Shown here one piece after another: positions 28,925-43,204 of a stretch of DNA of 64,000 nt; the stretch's first letter is position 1, and each line of letters begins with the position of its first letter. The DNA comes from Acanthaster planci (taxonomy: Eukaryota), in the NCBI RefSeq assembly GCF_001949145.1, contig NW_019091362.1, forward strand, positions 2,549,838 to 2,613,837, read 5' to 3'. Below the pieces are notes generated by a model, which searched no databases, had not been told where the DNA came from, and worked only from the letters and a program-made list of their open reading frames with translations. The position numbers were made by a program, and so were the translations under genes.

Positions 28925-29100
28925 AATACGGCCGTTTCACAAAAGTGCACCACCTAGAGTTTGCAACGCATTGGCCAATCACAATGCGCAAAATTTGTTG
29001 ACCCAATGCCTGTTTGGAATGGGTCGAAAAATGTCGCACCTTATGATTGGCCAACGTGTTGCAAACTGTTGGTAGTGCGCTATTGTGAATCACACGTATT
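28925..29100 (+). mobile_element. Palindromic MITE, copy 1 (~176 bp)
   Basis: The whole element is an imperfect inverted repeat: AATACG..TTCACAA..GTTTGCAAC..TTGGCCAATCA / TGATTGGCCAA..GTTGCAAAC..TTGTGAA..CGTATT. A homologous copy lies at 47760-47934. Confidence 0.85.
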
Positions 29101-32100
29101 AAAATACAAGTAGGTTATAGGCCTACGGTGTTCAATGTCAATGGCTTACTTTTATGACAATGAATAACTTGTGGCAAAGCAATGCAAACACTACACCATG
29201 TCAACCGAATTTTACTTTTTTTTTTTACTTTTAACTGATACAGGGTAACTTGGCCCTAGGTCCTTGCTTTCCCGGAAGTTTGTGTCACTGTCCCCTCTAC
29301 CTATCACCCAGCAGCTACATTTTACAGGCCTAAAAGAGGAGTCGTTCCTTTGTCCGCTAGTCCCTCAGTATGCACTGGAACAGAAACTAAGGGAGATGTG
29401 GACAAGATAGGCTCTGAGCCAAAACCACCCCTCTGAGTTATCTCTCAAGACCACAGCATTAGAAAACTTGGTTCCAGATTTCCATTTTTAGGAAGATGCT
29501 TCGGGATCTGTGGGATTCTTTGTGGTCTGTACAACATACCAAGATCTGTACACATGCCAGCATTTCTTAGAAAATTGAAGTGTAAGTGGAAGCATATGAA
29601 ACCTAAACTTTACATTACTGCGGCAAGCTAAAACCATATGTCTCCCACATCTAAAGAATCAATCATTTCTCTTTGGTTCATAATTCCTCTACGAAGCATG
29701 TGCCTTCAGTTACCAACAAACGTCACAAATTTTCAGCTAAAAACTGCAACAGGCAAATTCATTTAGTGTCTTGTCTAGTTGCACGACAATGACTACGGTA
29801 TGTAGGCATACAATGTACACCTTCCCTAAATGGCCGTATTGTCTGTGTCTACTGCCCTAGGCAATCTGCACAGCTAGATTATGGTGACGTTGACATTCTG
29901 CAAGGAACACTTGCCTACACTTGTGGATTCGAGTTGCCCTTAGTTTCCATTCAAAATTCTGGATCAGGTTGATGGGAAGGTTTCTTCCCCAACCTTCAAT
30001 TGAGGGACAGAGCAAAAATTCCAAATACGAATTGGCCAGAATGAGGCTCAACAATTTTGTAGGAAAGGCTGGAAAAACAAGTGGAAACTAACAGCACATT
30101 CTCTTTACTTGAACGATGCATTTTACTAAAACATTCAAGGGGTTTGGGCTGGGATCTTCCTTCCTTACTCTTGTACAATTTTCCAAACCTCCAGTGAATT
30201 TTCAAGAATTTGGAGATTAGATTTTGTCCCTTTTGTGGTTACTTGAATGCAAATTGAGAATAGACAGGATCTTCATGCTCTACACATTTACATGTACCAT
30301 TAAAACAATCGCATCAACTTTAAAATGCAATCTTTCCAAGTACTTCCTTTTGGTCAGCTGCCATTCACGATATCATGCTTGGTAATTCAGAGTCCTAACA
30401 ATGATACAATTTTCCAATGCATCTCACGATGCACTGATGCAAAAATGCAGGCCTTTTCTGAGCAGGCTGCCGTAAACAAACCACAATGACTCACGCGTCT
30501 GAGGAGTGAATGCTGTTGAAATCCAACTGAATGTTAACTCCAAGAGGTTTTGTTAAAGGGTATAAAACAAACAGAATTGGGAAGATGAGGCAAGATGAGA
30601 CTTACTGTCCTGGGTTCAAATCCCCATCATGCCAATTTTTTTTGTTCACTCAAGTTGAACCTTCTCCTTGTAAGTATTCCTTTATAATAATCATTGCTGA
30701 ATATACTTGTCCAAATTTTCAAATGCATGCAATGTGTCCTCTTTTTAAAGGAACTGGATCAAATTAAGCTGAAGTGCTAAATTATCAAACTACAAAACCC
30801 TGGAAAATCCATATCTTGTCACACAGCATGGGGATTTTATGCACAGATCTGAGCATATGCAGCTGTGTCATAACTCGGATAACACAGCAGTGTCCAGCAC
30901 GATGCATTGTGAAGGGTCGTCAATAGATGTCCATGCTGCTGGAGCTGGTGGTTTTTTTATCTCTGAGCATAATGAATGCAAATATTGACTGGTCTCAGTG
31001 TGCTGTCCTTGCTGTTCAAAACACTACCCAGTACCGAAATTTGATGACAAAATTGCATGTGCGAATAAAAATGTCGTACACCTTTTGCAATTTTGTCATT
31101 TCAAATGTAATCTACGGTAGGCCTATTTTACAGATATATTTCTCTGTGTTTACATTTAAGAATATACTTAAATGTAAACCATTTCATTCATACGTGTAGT
31201 TCACCCTAGTAGGTCCTACAGTGCTGCTGGACTGGAGAGTAAAATGTGTTCGCCTCTACACACTGCTATTCCCCCAGCTTAAGCCCAAAAAGACTGGGTT
31301 TTTTTGTCGTTTCACCTCAGTTTTTTTTTTCCAGCATAAAAACATCTTAATGAAATATTCACGTACTCTGTAGATAATATATATAAATGCACTGAAACAC
31401 CTGGTTAAAGACACAAAAAAGCATAATGAGGGGAGAAAATTTCCAGCACAGCATGTTTGAGCAACAAACAACAAATGCTTGATGAACAATAAGAGTGATG
31501 GCCACAACAGGAGCTGCTTTTGCAATGACCTCACGAGGTAGTTCAAGGAGGTTGCGGTCAGACCCCATAACTGGATCTGAAGTGCTGGCATCATGTGCCA
31601 GGGTCACAATGTTGTGCGGGCTGCTCAATCAAACTTTGCAGTTTGGTTCACCCGCGGCACATTCTTCTGCGTTTCCCTTGGAGATTATGCATCTTGAATG
31701 TACCAGTACTGTTCTGGAGAATGCCGTTGACACCGGCAAACAGAGGGAGTAAAGAAAGATTGGTGCTTACGTAAACACCCTTTCAGTGTGCAAGCAAAGT
31801 TGATGAAGACAGAGACATGACAGACACTTCAGTATCCCACTGCCATCGTGCACACTGCCACCACAAGGAAGACACCAGAGTTTTGTGCACATTCAAATGA
31901 GAACTGGATGCGTGTAAGCTTTCTGATGTGCAGCCAAACCACCATGTGTACGCACTGTGCCTGCTTCCCTATGGCAGGGAGGTTATGAAATATAGTATAT
32001 GTGACTACGCATTTGTGCAAGTAAGGTTCAGAGAGGAGGGTCCAGAGGGAGTGTTGAAGAAATTATCAATATGAATTCAAACATATCACACACCCTACAC

Positions 32101-35100
32101 CGGTATATGCTTAACTTGTAATGCACCGGTTTTAGAAACGCTCGGAAGAAACTTCTCAAACCCCAAGAATGGGTTAAAAGTAGATGAAAAAAACAATTGT
32201 CCAACCTACCTTTTTAATCTTCTGGTTGTTCTTATCCCACTTCCACAACATGACCGACATCTTGACTTTCTTATTTCAGTATATTCCTGTTCTTAAATAC
32301 AAACAAAACGTCAAGATAAAAACCTTCCTTCCAACAAAATGTGTCAATATTCCTATAGAATCACATCAGCCAGGGGTCAAAGCTCCATCTTTGATTTCCT
32401 GTGAGTCCAGCGTGAAACTGTACAGATTTCAGCAATCTGTGACATTGATGAGTGAGTCCATGTTTTGAGTTGCATCATTAGTGCTTGCTGTCAAAGGCAG
32501 TCTCTCAAATTTCACATTTTACGACAAACCAAAAAGAGTGTAAACCCAATGATGATCTGACACTTTTCTGATGGAGACAACCGTGTCTTCTTCCAGCAAT
32601 CTCCTCTGACAGTACATCCTCGTTTCCATCCAACCAATTCAGGCACTCAAACTTGCGACTGGACAAACTCCAAAATGCCGGTCAAATAAGATTTCCTGCT
32701 GTCATCTCTCCTTGTGTCATCACTAATCTATTCATTATCTGCTACTGTGTGATGCCAGGTAGGCAGGTGATGCCACGCTATCCATCCACACAAGATTTGC
32801 AGGTGTTACAAGAAATCACCGTCTCCAGGTTCTGACAAGGTAAAAATCACAAACTGCATCCAATTTTCCAAAGAGATTAACAACCCTACTCTGCTTGAGA
32901 GGCTACCACAGGGTGGTCAGCAGATGCACATGTGAGCAAGGCACGCATCAGGGAAACATGTTCTGTGACAGAGACCTGAACCAAAATAGAAGCATCCAGC
33001 ACCCAGCGTGCACAGACATGTGCGTCTGTTGATGAGTGCCCAGTGCAATGACAGGATACGTGCGTGTGTGAATGAGAGCTGATGCCTACAAGAGCAGTAC
33101 AAAACCACACAGGTACACCTGACATCATTGGCTATATTTATACACGAACTGAAATCATACAGTTCATGAAAAAAATCCCATCTCAGGTCAATGCTGTTAT
33201 GTATGTGGTACAGTGGCCCCCAGCGTTAAGCTAATTATTCATACATGATAACACTAGGAATGGTAATGTACCAATGGGGTTGAGCAACTCATTTGCATAC
33301 TTAATGGGATTCAGCGAGACCAGCGGGAAGAGAGGAGGCAGAGAGCTGTGAACTGACGGACCTAATGAGGCAGCGTCACGGAAATCCGTTCCCATGGGAA
33401 CTACAAGGGGTTGGTGGAGGGCTGAGGGTGTTTGGGAGGGGGGTTCTGGTGGTGACAGATTGATTGCAAGACACTGCTGTCCTACATGTGTGTCAAGTTG
33501 GAGACGGAGGACAGACGGGGTTGAGAATGCCTAGAGTTGGACGGGGATGTTGGAGGAGGTGTCTTTCATGGGGGCTTAGCAACCAGACGGGACTTAAGCC
33601 CTGGGTGTCAGGCCACATCCTTAAAGAGCTTATGGCATGGTAAATAAAAATTGAAACAAACCTCATTATTCCCTTAAGACCAATGTTTTAATTAACTTCT
33701 CTGGGCTTCACTGCCGATGCAATAGCACTGAGTTTGTCAAAATTAGATGACTTTCACAGAAATGTCTGATGACAGAATGTCATGTGAGATGGGGCTGTTG
33801 GCCAAACCACCATCACAACTGGTGATAAACACCCTGGCTCCTCAGGAATTTCTGCTCAGGAATCTGCCTTAATAATTCAAAATCACGCAAACTATACTAG
33901 CACAAACTTAAGACATCAACCCCTGTGAAAAGTGACAGTGGCTGGTTGCACAGTACTACAGCCATCAAATTTTTACAAATCTAACAAAAGATTTTAACGG
34001 TTTCAGTGCTGTTGGTTTCAAAGGGAAAATTGTACATGGATTTCAGATGAATGTGAGGCTCAATTGACAACTTTGGCTAGCCCCACCTTTTAAATACCCC
34101 CTCTTTGTATGGTCCCGCTGTGCATTACTCTGCATACAAATTTTTAATAATCGAGAACTGCATTTTTGACTACTTCATTCGGACTGACTGGTACTTAAGA
34201 CAACATTAGCCACTAAAATAATCTCAAACAAATAATCAGAAATCGATGCACACTGCTTCACACAGAGCAGCTCTCATGGTCACTGCTTCTAATTTTCAGC
34301 TCCAATGACTCAAAGCATATTGGCTAATTGGTACAATTTTTCAAGCAGGGGAGTTTTAAATGAGCTCCCCAACCCTTTTCATGCGGCCCCTTTTACGATT
34401 TCCCCTCGAGGTGACCAGGCCGAGTGAGCCTGTGTTACTTCTTATTGAATTAAAAACAAGCACTGCTGCCCTTCATCTAAAGAAGGGATTCTCCGTGATT
34501 TAATTTTTTTCCTTTAATTTTTTTTCTGTAACGGTCACTTCAGAAAGTGCATTTTAATATTTGGACCCTCAGGACAAAGAGGGGGATGATTGTAGTAAAA
34601 TTGGACCTTTTAGGGACTTCTGTGGGTTGCCACGGGGTGGGGGAAGGATGATGTCAAAATAAGGAGGTTGATTGAGAGATTAGGTTCAAGGGAGGGAGCC
34701 TTGTTCTCTCCATTTTTTGAGTAGATTTTAATGAAAAAATGGTTCTGCTGGAGATCAAGCCAACAGAAATTCAGAGCAATGTTGAACACATGCTCAAGTG
34801 CACTTTTCATCTTTCCAGTTGCTGAATGAAGAAAAAAAACAGAAAGTTACAATGCTCAAGAAAGAAAATGCAGTGTTTTATACCCAAGAAGACTTTAACA
34901 GTTAGGTGCCGTTTACATCGGACTTAAGCTGAAAGACTTCAGATAATATTCCACATGCTCAAATACTCTGAGGGCAGACAAGACCCTTTAACTTTTGATT
35001 CATTCTGAGAGACAAGAGGCCTTGAAATGGGCCATGGGACAAAGTTCTGAACACATTTACAAAGACTAAAGTTCTCCCTCAAGTGCAACTTTACAAATCC

Positions 35101-36530
35101 AACAAGAGATGTATTGGTACACGAAAACTGCCTCTCACTCTGACCACATATAAGGCATGGTTACTCACTCGATCTCACTGAGCCGACTGCAAGAAATGAG
35201 CCGGCAACAAATCTATAATAATTCGTCATGTTCTGAATACCATCCCCGAACCCCCCTCCCCCCAAATCCTAAAAACCTTAAAATCCTTATATTCTTGACA
35301 AGTTGCAAGAAAAAAACATCTCGATCGTTTCTTTCTCTTTCCCCATCTTCCAAGATGAAGTGCAGTCATGCAAGGCTGCAGCAACACAGGCTCCACACAA
35401 CAATTTAGCATGACGCTGCACTGGCATCGGCTTCCAGCTCTCCCTCGATGAGTAATGCCGATTGGTGTGAGGTGTAATATTGATGATGGTGTCCTGGTGA
35501 TGGTGGTGGTGGATAAGCCGGCTTCTCTGCTCAACGGGGCGGAAAGAAATGGAGGCGATAGCCGGCGCCTTCCTCCCCCCCCAAAAAAGCATGCCGGTTT
35601 TAATTGGTTTTAGAGCCCCTACAGAGTCGAGGATTTCAGCCCTGCAATTATCCGAAAAATTGGGAGAAATACAAGAGATTGAAGGAACTGTAAGGCTGAC
35701 GTCTCCATCACTCTACAGCAAAGACCCTGTTTTGAAATGTGATTACAGACAATCTCTTGTATTTCAAGAGAATTTTTTCCTTTCTCTTCCACTTTTTTTA
35801 AGCAGCTGGATTTTGCAATTTGCCTCTTGACATCAATACTGCGTAAATTTACACCGTTACATGCAGGTGCACGTTTCAGCCACTGAATTACAGCACAATG
35901 TCCAGTGGACGCCCAAGCTTAAACTCAGTTGAAAATTGACCACACACACAAAGCACCTTTTGATGCAACGGGTTAGTATTAGTATAAAATGTGTTTACCA
36001 TGTTACAGCACGATACCAGGCATATTTACACAGCATTCATATCTAATTAGCAGCCATTACTGCAGTGTTAGAGGGTCCAATCATAAGACTTCAAAAGCAC
36101 CATGTGACCACAGGGCTTCCCCGAGATTGGCCACAGCTGCAGAGTGCAAGTATCTGGTTGGCAACTGAATGTCACCATTGCAAACTGGACAGTAAGGCTT
36201 AATTTCAGAGTAATTAACTGCAAATTCCTTACCAAACGGCATGGTCATCACTCATGCCATGTATTGTCGTAATCATCTTGATCTTGCACTGGGTACTGGC
36301 CCGATGTTTCCCTACCTTTTTTTTATACTTTTTGCAACTTATCAAAGCTTTGAAAGCTTGATTATCTGCCCAGAGCAGAAGCACCCCCTTATTGTTTGAA
36401 AACAGCCATGTTGGTCAGGAGTGTTCATTTTGTTGGTAGCGATGCGAACGTGATGCATGTATTTGATAATTGTGAGTAAACCAGTGAAGCGTAGTTCCTA
36501 ACCAAAGGAGCCTCAATGGCTAGGAAAATT

Positions 36531-36544
36531 GCGCCCTCTTCTGG
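36531..36544 (-). promoter_or_regulatory. Candidate CTCF site (minus orientation)
   Basis: Minus strand reads CCAGAAGAGGGCGC, one mismatch to the CCASYAGRKGGCRS core. Confidence 0.35.
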
Positions 36545-39500
36545 TCCAGCTCGGGGCTCATAATACTGTGCAAGGTGCTAGTCTTTGTGTACAATGGCAG
36601 ATGTTTATCAAGTCACATGGGCCAGTGAAAATACCTATATAGACCAGCTCCACACTTATATATGCAAATCATACACACCCACTAAAATACTCTTTACTCA
36701 ACTGGGTGCAGCAAAGGCATCTCCTCACATTAATCTATGGCACCTTCAGCAGACATTTTCAAAACACACCCAAACGTGTAAGTAAATTTCAGGCTTGCCA
36801 GGCAAACCAGGCTTGCTTTGAATGGGTTCATTATTGTTGGCAACGTTTGGATGAGCGAGGGAAGCAGACACCAGAGAGGCAGAGCAGTATGGTGCAGATG
36901 CCTGTTGGCCATACTTTGAGGGAGTTCAACGAGTACACCGGACTATGAATGTCACCCCGTTGATGTATGAGTAGCAATCTCTGGAAAGAGGCCGTGTCCC
37001 TTCTGTCCAATCCTTCTTATCCTGCCTCCAGTCCCTCCAACCCCAATGGACCTTTCAGGAAACACCCATGCTTACAAAAACTAAGATCTGTCCTGCATAT
37101 TCTATCAATCCTAATATACACAGCAAAGAGCGATTTCAGACGTGTGCGTGTATCTCTATTTGTAACGCGACAAAGTCCACATGCAGACTATTTGGATTTC
37201 ATTAGGAGTGGAATATTGAAACGCTGGGTGTCCATTAACAACAATTTGTGTTTTCCTGAATGGCCTCTTGGCTGTGATCAATCACCCTACATGGCTGTCA
37301 GTTTAATTACGGGTACCGATCATGGGTGCAAAATTAAGAGTGATGGGCTCTGACGCAACTGTGCACACGTATTAGGGTGTAATAAATGCCATTCAAATGA
37401 GACCACTTTTTGCTCCGACCGAGAAATAAAAATGGAGCTCGGTGGATTTTCCTTAATGAAACACAGAAGTGCTGGAGTCCAGTGTGCACGTGCCCTGTTA
37501 TGGTATTAGTCACAGACTGGAGGGCAGCCTCCATGAATTTGTTTCAATTTCTCAAATCACTGAGCAAAAGCCTAGTTGTTTAGACATAAAAACATCCTCA
37601 AGAAGACAAAACTCTGGGGGAGACTGGTTTAACATTCCATCAATCTCTTTCCTAGCCTCCACAAAAATCTAACGATTGTGGGCTCTGCACAGGAGCAACT
37701 ACATGTACTAGGTCATGCTTTGCGGCTATTTTTGAAAGCTCTAGAAGGGCAGGCCTGCTGTATATGTGCATGCTGCTTTAATTGCACCAAGTGTGCATAA
37801 CCAATTTGTCGCTGGAATATGCACACAGACTTCTTCACAATGTGACTATCACAAGACCAGCCACAAGACCACTCAGAAGTAACAGGATAAACAACGGTGG
37901 GTGAAGGAATGCCATTGTTGCAGTTTGTTTTGAATATTTGGCAACTTGAATTATGACTGGAGATCTTGTACTGGTCTTGTGCTGGTCTTAAAGGATCTCA
38001 ACTACAACACTGAGGAGAAAGTGGCTGCAGTGGCATTCATGTGTCTGCCCAAAGTTTCTCTTTGCCATCGCCAAGGGTAAACCTGTGCAGTGAGTACACG
38101 ATACAGGTGACTGTATTATGGATTTGGAAAACGCCGTGTGAGGAAAGCAACATCCTTGTTTGGCACTAATGGCCCATGTGCGTGAATTACTGAGAGCGAT
38201 GAGTGGCCAGTTCAAGGGTGTTTAGTGGAGGTAGTGTAATGTCTATGCTCCAATTCACAGACTATGAAATCAAGAGTTGTGCATAAACAGTGGGCATCAC
38301 TTTCCAGCTGCCAACCGATTATAAACACAACCTGAATACAAATGATTAGACTAGCAGGATGGAGAATAGCGCTGACGACCTCGCAATCAACTCGTCAAGT
38401 TCCATTTCCATCGTCAATGGCCTGGGTGTAACGATATCTTTATTTTTACCAGGGTAGCCTTGCAGTTTTTACAAGGACTGTTAAAAGGCATTTTTACAAT
38501 TGGCAAGTTTTCAGTCAAGTTTGGACGAGAATTAACATTCCATTACTCCATAGAATGAGTGAAACGAAAACTGCAGAATGCACCGAAGTGAAATAAGTAA
38601 CAAATAGGTATCACTTTAATTGGGCATAACGCATCTAATGCTGGTTCTCCAATCAACTGAGTAGTTCTTGGGATGGGAACAATTATATATCATACGATAT
38701 ATGACCCAATTAAGAACCCAAATTACGATAAGCCTATGATCTCCGATCAAGTGGAAAATAGTGAGTAAACAGCTGTATATATTTTATCTCTCGTGACTCA
38801 CGGGGTTAAGGGGTTACCACGCACTTCTTTTCTGTGCTGGTGTTCAATTTCATAGTTCAGGCGTACTTCAGCTCCAGTTGTGCACAGCCTGGAAATGATC
38901 CACTGTGCCTACGAGGCAAAAATGATATTTGGTGGTGTCGCGTCACAACGAAAATTGCACGGTTGGATCAACTCTGTAGAGGCGTGCAAACACAGGGTTG
39001 GCACTTAGTCAGACCACGATCAGAAGGTGGTACCAGACAGAAAGAACAAGAGGAGTGTGAGAGTGCTATGCCAGGATATTTTTAATGCCCTCTAACTCTT
39101 TTGCACCATTTGTTCTGCAAACAAAGATGAGGAAGTCATAAATCAATTGTATTCAAGTAATTGTTTTTGTAAGAAATGTAGGAAGTAAATTTCAAAATAT
39201 ACGATCATCCAATCAAAAACACTCAAAATTTCCTGGGGATTTTTGTGAATGAGATTTTATTTCAGAAGTATACTCTTGAACAAAAATGTGTGCAGAGTTT
39301 ATAATTACATGTACATAGGGAACATTGAGCATCTGAATTACCTAAACAGTGTACATGTAATTTCATAAATCATCACCATTGTAGAAATATCAGACAGGCC
39401 TCATTTTAGTTACACTCCAGCAACTTAGATTTTTCTGCTGCATCCTTTTATCAGCAAAGCAATTTAATTACAGGAATTGTAGCCGATTCTCTCGTTTTGT

Positions 39501-42177
39501 TCCACAACTTCTCTTCCGATCGTAAACAAGACCCAAGAGCCTCTCCAGATTGTCCAATTAGGTCAGTGCCAACTCCCAGCATAGCCTGGTGGTCAAGTTG
39601 CTACAGGTTGACAGCAAAGCCACGCAATTTATGGCTCGTGTCTGATCAGCTATAGAAAAAAATCCCAGCCCAGTTATCAAACATCGGTGCAGTGCAAGAT
39701 AGCACTATACTATTACCGTCAAGCCTGATCAACTGTAAGATGTAACCTGTCCACCATAAAACATGGCCAAGCTAATAAAATGCACAAGTGGTTGTTACCC
39801 ATTGAATACTCACACACAGAAAAAAAAAATTCCTGAAAAACAAAATTATAATCCCGTGCTTTTCCTGTACTGATTGATTTGCCAACCAGAATCAGAAGTC
39901 ATCACAGCAATGATACCATGCTTATGGACAGGTGCTACGCAAGCATGTACACATCTCCCACATTACAACTATATGTAGCAAGGTCGTGGGGGGACAGGGG
40001 CTAAATACGAAAAAAGGACACTCATCCCGGCCAAAAGGTAGGCAGGGGTTGTTCTGGGGTTTTTTTTGGTGAGACTATTCAAAAAGCCAACGGCATCGGA
40101 TTACAGGGAGAGTTCAGCATGTCTGCATAACTGTTGATGTCGCAAGCTAAATATACATTCTTTGGAGCACTGTGTAGCAAATGGTGCTCTTGAAACAAAA
40201 GGCACCAACAAGTATAGGGGAAAAAGGTTTTTTTTTTTACAAACTATTGGAGGGGGTAAAATATAACCAAATGTTATGCCACTGCATGAAGTGTCTGAAG
40301 GACTGAGTGAGTGTGTACATGAAGCAATGGCCCCTTAAACACGTGCAGGCTTGATTGATGCATGGGTTGTGAGTACTATTGCTCGGTATACAAAAGGGTG
40401 ATGGAACAGCACCAGTGACATGCTCTCTCTCTTTCATGTCCAGCTAACAACAGCGGAAACACTTGCTTTGTCATTCCATCAAGTTCTTGGCACTGCAAAA
40501 ATTAGTGACGACACTCGCCCATCTATCCATCACAGCAGGGTGCGAAGAGGATTCTTCACAGCTAAGCTACCCTTGCAGCAGTTGGCAGACACTGTTTGGT
40601 TTAATTTCGGTTTGGCTTTGACAAAAGCACATTATCTGTCGGTTGCACTGGCAATTTCGACCAGGATTTGAGCATAGCGCGCTCTGGGTTTGCACCTTCA
40701 CTGGCCACTTCTGAAAATGTTTCTTGATTTCCAAAGCACAAAATACATGCAGGGTCTTTTCAAATATTTGGACTCGGGTTAATATTCAACATCTGAGGGT
40801 GGTAATCTCCCTGTCACAGGCTGTCATTCTTTTTTTTAATTTTTCACTCTTTCTCCCATCTTCCTGCCATAAACCAATAAACTCAGACCACTCAACCCAG
40901 GCGCAGCAATGCCCGCAGTCAGACAACCTAAGGCTGGGCATTTTCCTTTGATAGCCGGCTACCACCGCCAGCATTTTCAGCGCGGACAGGGGGTCGTGCA
41001 ACACACGCTAAATTCCCCGGATAAGTGTCTATTATTAGTTCATGTCCTTAGGGCTGCAGGGGGGGATGGTCGGCTTGGCGAGGCCAACAAACGATGACGA
41101 CATGATGGGCCCCATTGTCCCAGGACACTGGTCCCAATATGATGACTCACATGCTAGGGGAGCTTGCTCGCTCGTGAAATTAAATCGCACCCAAGAATCA
41201 GGCACTGGGGATTTGAGAAGTGGGGCCCAATATGGCCTTGTATGACATATGAAGAGAAAAAAAAAATTTGAATTGGAACCAATGATGGAGCATGTCTCTG
41301 GGCTTATTAATGGAATATTATCCTTAATACCCTGTATGACAGGCTTGCCAATTATGAAAATTGTGTTCTGTGCCGGAGCCGCGCAATCTCGAGAAATCGA
41401 TAGTTGGGAGGACCAGTTCCTGCCTGAATGCTGCATTCATACTCCCCCATTTGTAGCCAATGCAAACAAGAGGAAGGCAGATGGTAAACATACAACACAT
41501 CAATAGAGAGCTCGGCAAAATATTATTATTAATAAAATCCAGGACGTGGTTTTAAGAAAACAAGCACGACTGCTTCGATTCAGACACTGTGACACAGTAG
41601 CGGGAGGCTTGCGCACATGCATGCTCACAGACATGTGAGAAGTAGCCGTGGTGTCTGTCCAGATTCTTTGAAATCCACCTGGAAGTTTTATAAGGAATTT
41701 TTAGAATTTAGAACGTTAGAGCCTGGTTACTGTTACCTTAAGTGGTTAATGCCCATGGAAGGTTTAAGTCTGAAGTGTGTTCAATTGGATTCCTATGCAA
41801 TGGTAGATCTTGGAAGATTCAGGTGTAGGTGCCTGGCAATGTAACACAACTGATTTACATTTTCTTAATATCTTCAGTGCTTCTGTATCACAAGTGAGTT
41901 ACTGGAATCTGCCTGACTTTGTATGAAAAATCCTTTCAAGCATTTTCATGAATTCTACATGGACATAAAATTGTACGTGCACTTCAAATTTGTTGATTAC
42001 AAATTCAATTTAGAACAATACAAAGCGGGTGGGGCATGTTCAGGGCAGAGGAGGAAACTGAGCAGCAACATTCCAGCAGGGCAGATGAATCTTTGGCCCC
42101 GTCCAAATCTTGTATCTGGAAATAGGTCTAGGCTTTCACTGGTTGCAAACAGTCACGGGTATGTGCCAAAAAGAGCA

Positions 42178-42208
42178 GTTTCAGACAATATTTAATATTG
42201 TCTGAAAC
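42178..42208. repeat. Perfect palindrome, 15-bp arms with 1-nt spacer
   Basis: GTTTCAGACAATATT-T-AATATTGTCTGAAAC. Confidence 0.9.
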
Positions 42209-42238
42209 ATCTCAAGAAAGCAAGCAAATGGGGAACCA

Positions 42239-42261
42239 GAAAGTAAACCAGGTTTACTTTC
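42239..42261. repeat. Perfect palindrome, 11-bp arms with 1-nt spacer
   Basis: GAAAGTAAACC-A-GGTTTACTTTC. Confidence 0.85.
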
Positions 42262-42280
42262 AGTCAATGTCAGCCACAAA

Positions 42281-42362
42281 GAGAAGAAATTCCCTGAAGT
42301 TGGGCTAGAACCTAAGACCTCCATAGCATTTTGCCAGTAGCTCTACTGACAGAGATAGTCAG
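42281..42362 (-). mobile_element. Degenerate tRNA-derived SINE head
   Basis: Minus strand has CTATCTCTGTCAGTAGAGC (decayed A box, cf. TAGCTCAGTCGGTAGAGC) and GGAGGTCTTAGGTTCTAGCCC (decayed variable loop and B box) at tRNA-like spacing. Confidence 0.55.
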
Positions 42363-43204
42363 TCAGAGTCTTGTCAAGAGCCTGAAGATAAGGCATGAGA
42401 TGCCTGAATATTCCTTGTTACAAGTTTAACATTTCCAATGAGAAAGCCCTAAATCAGGCTTTGGACTGAAAACCAACATCCTTTTACCCATCTATCAGGC
42501 ACTCTCCAGGCAAGTGAGGACTGCAGACATGAGCCAAGATAAACCTTTATCAAGTGAGTGTCAAAAGATTTGCTCTCACGGGGCTCAAATCCAAGATGGA
42601 TCTTGGATTTATATTGTATTGTTGATTTGTATTGTGGTTTACTTCACGGTTTTGAAACGCAGCGAGCAACAGTTCTCCACCTTTTCCCTTCCTTTTACAG
42701 ACACTTTAACCTGTAATTACTCAAGGATCAGGTTGTGGCACTGGAATTTTCTTTTCCATATCATTTTCCATGATGCAGGTTAGAAACTCGGTTAATATAC
42801 ATAGAAAAAAACACCTTTCAAGTCCCTGCCCGGTTTTGCCTTTTTACCTAGTCCCGTGGGCTACATTGTCTCCAAACTAACAGATGTACCGATACTGACT
42901 GATTAGTTTTACCCAGATTTGTTAAGGTTTTACCCTACAGTGGCATGAGGATGCTTTGATGCAGAATTCGTGGTCAAGTTGGTTTCATTACTGAAACATC
43001 TCAAAAACTGAAAGCATTGTTTAATATAACACTGATCAAGCGAACCATCCAAACAAGGCCATCTGTCACAAGAGGGCCCTATTAAAAATCTACTGCACAG
43101 AACATCTCTGCCTTGCCTGGCGTGAGTCACAGATGTGTCTACATGTATTTCAGCATCAGGAGATAACAGGGTTTTCCTTTGCATCCACGGAGGCTCTGCA
43201 ATAG

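Noticed and set aside
30607..30650. Isolated B box GGTTCAAATCC, possible SINE remnant
   Set aside because: No recognisable A box upstream; too short to call.
31359..31716. Protein-like minus-strand stretch (MGSDRNLLELPREVIAKAAPVV)
   Set aside because: All frames downstream of the nearest plausible acceptor contain stops, and no homology is recognisable.
34610..34850. Very strong minus-strand acceptor followed by a 66-aa ORF
   Set aside because: There is no convincing donor downstream and the peptide is unrecognisable.
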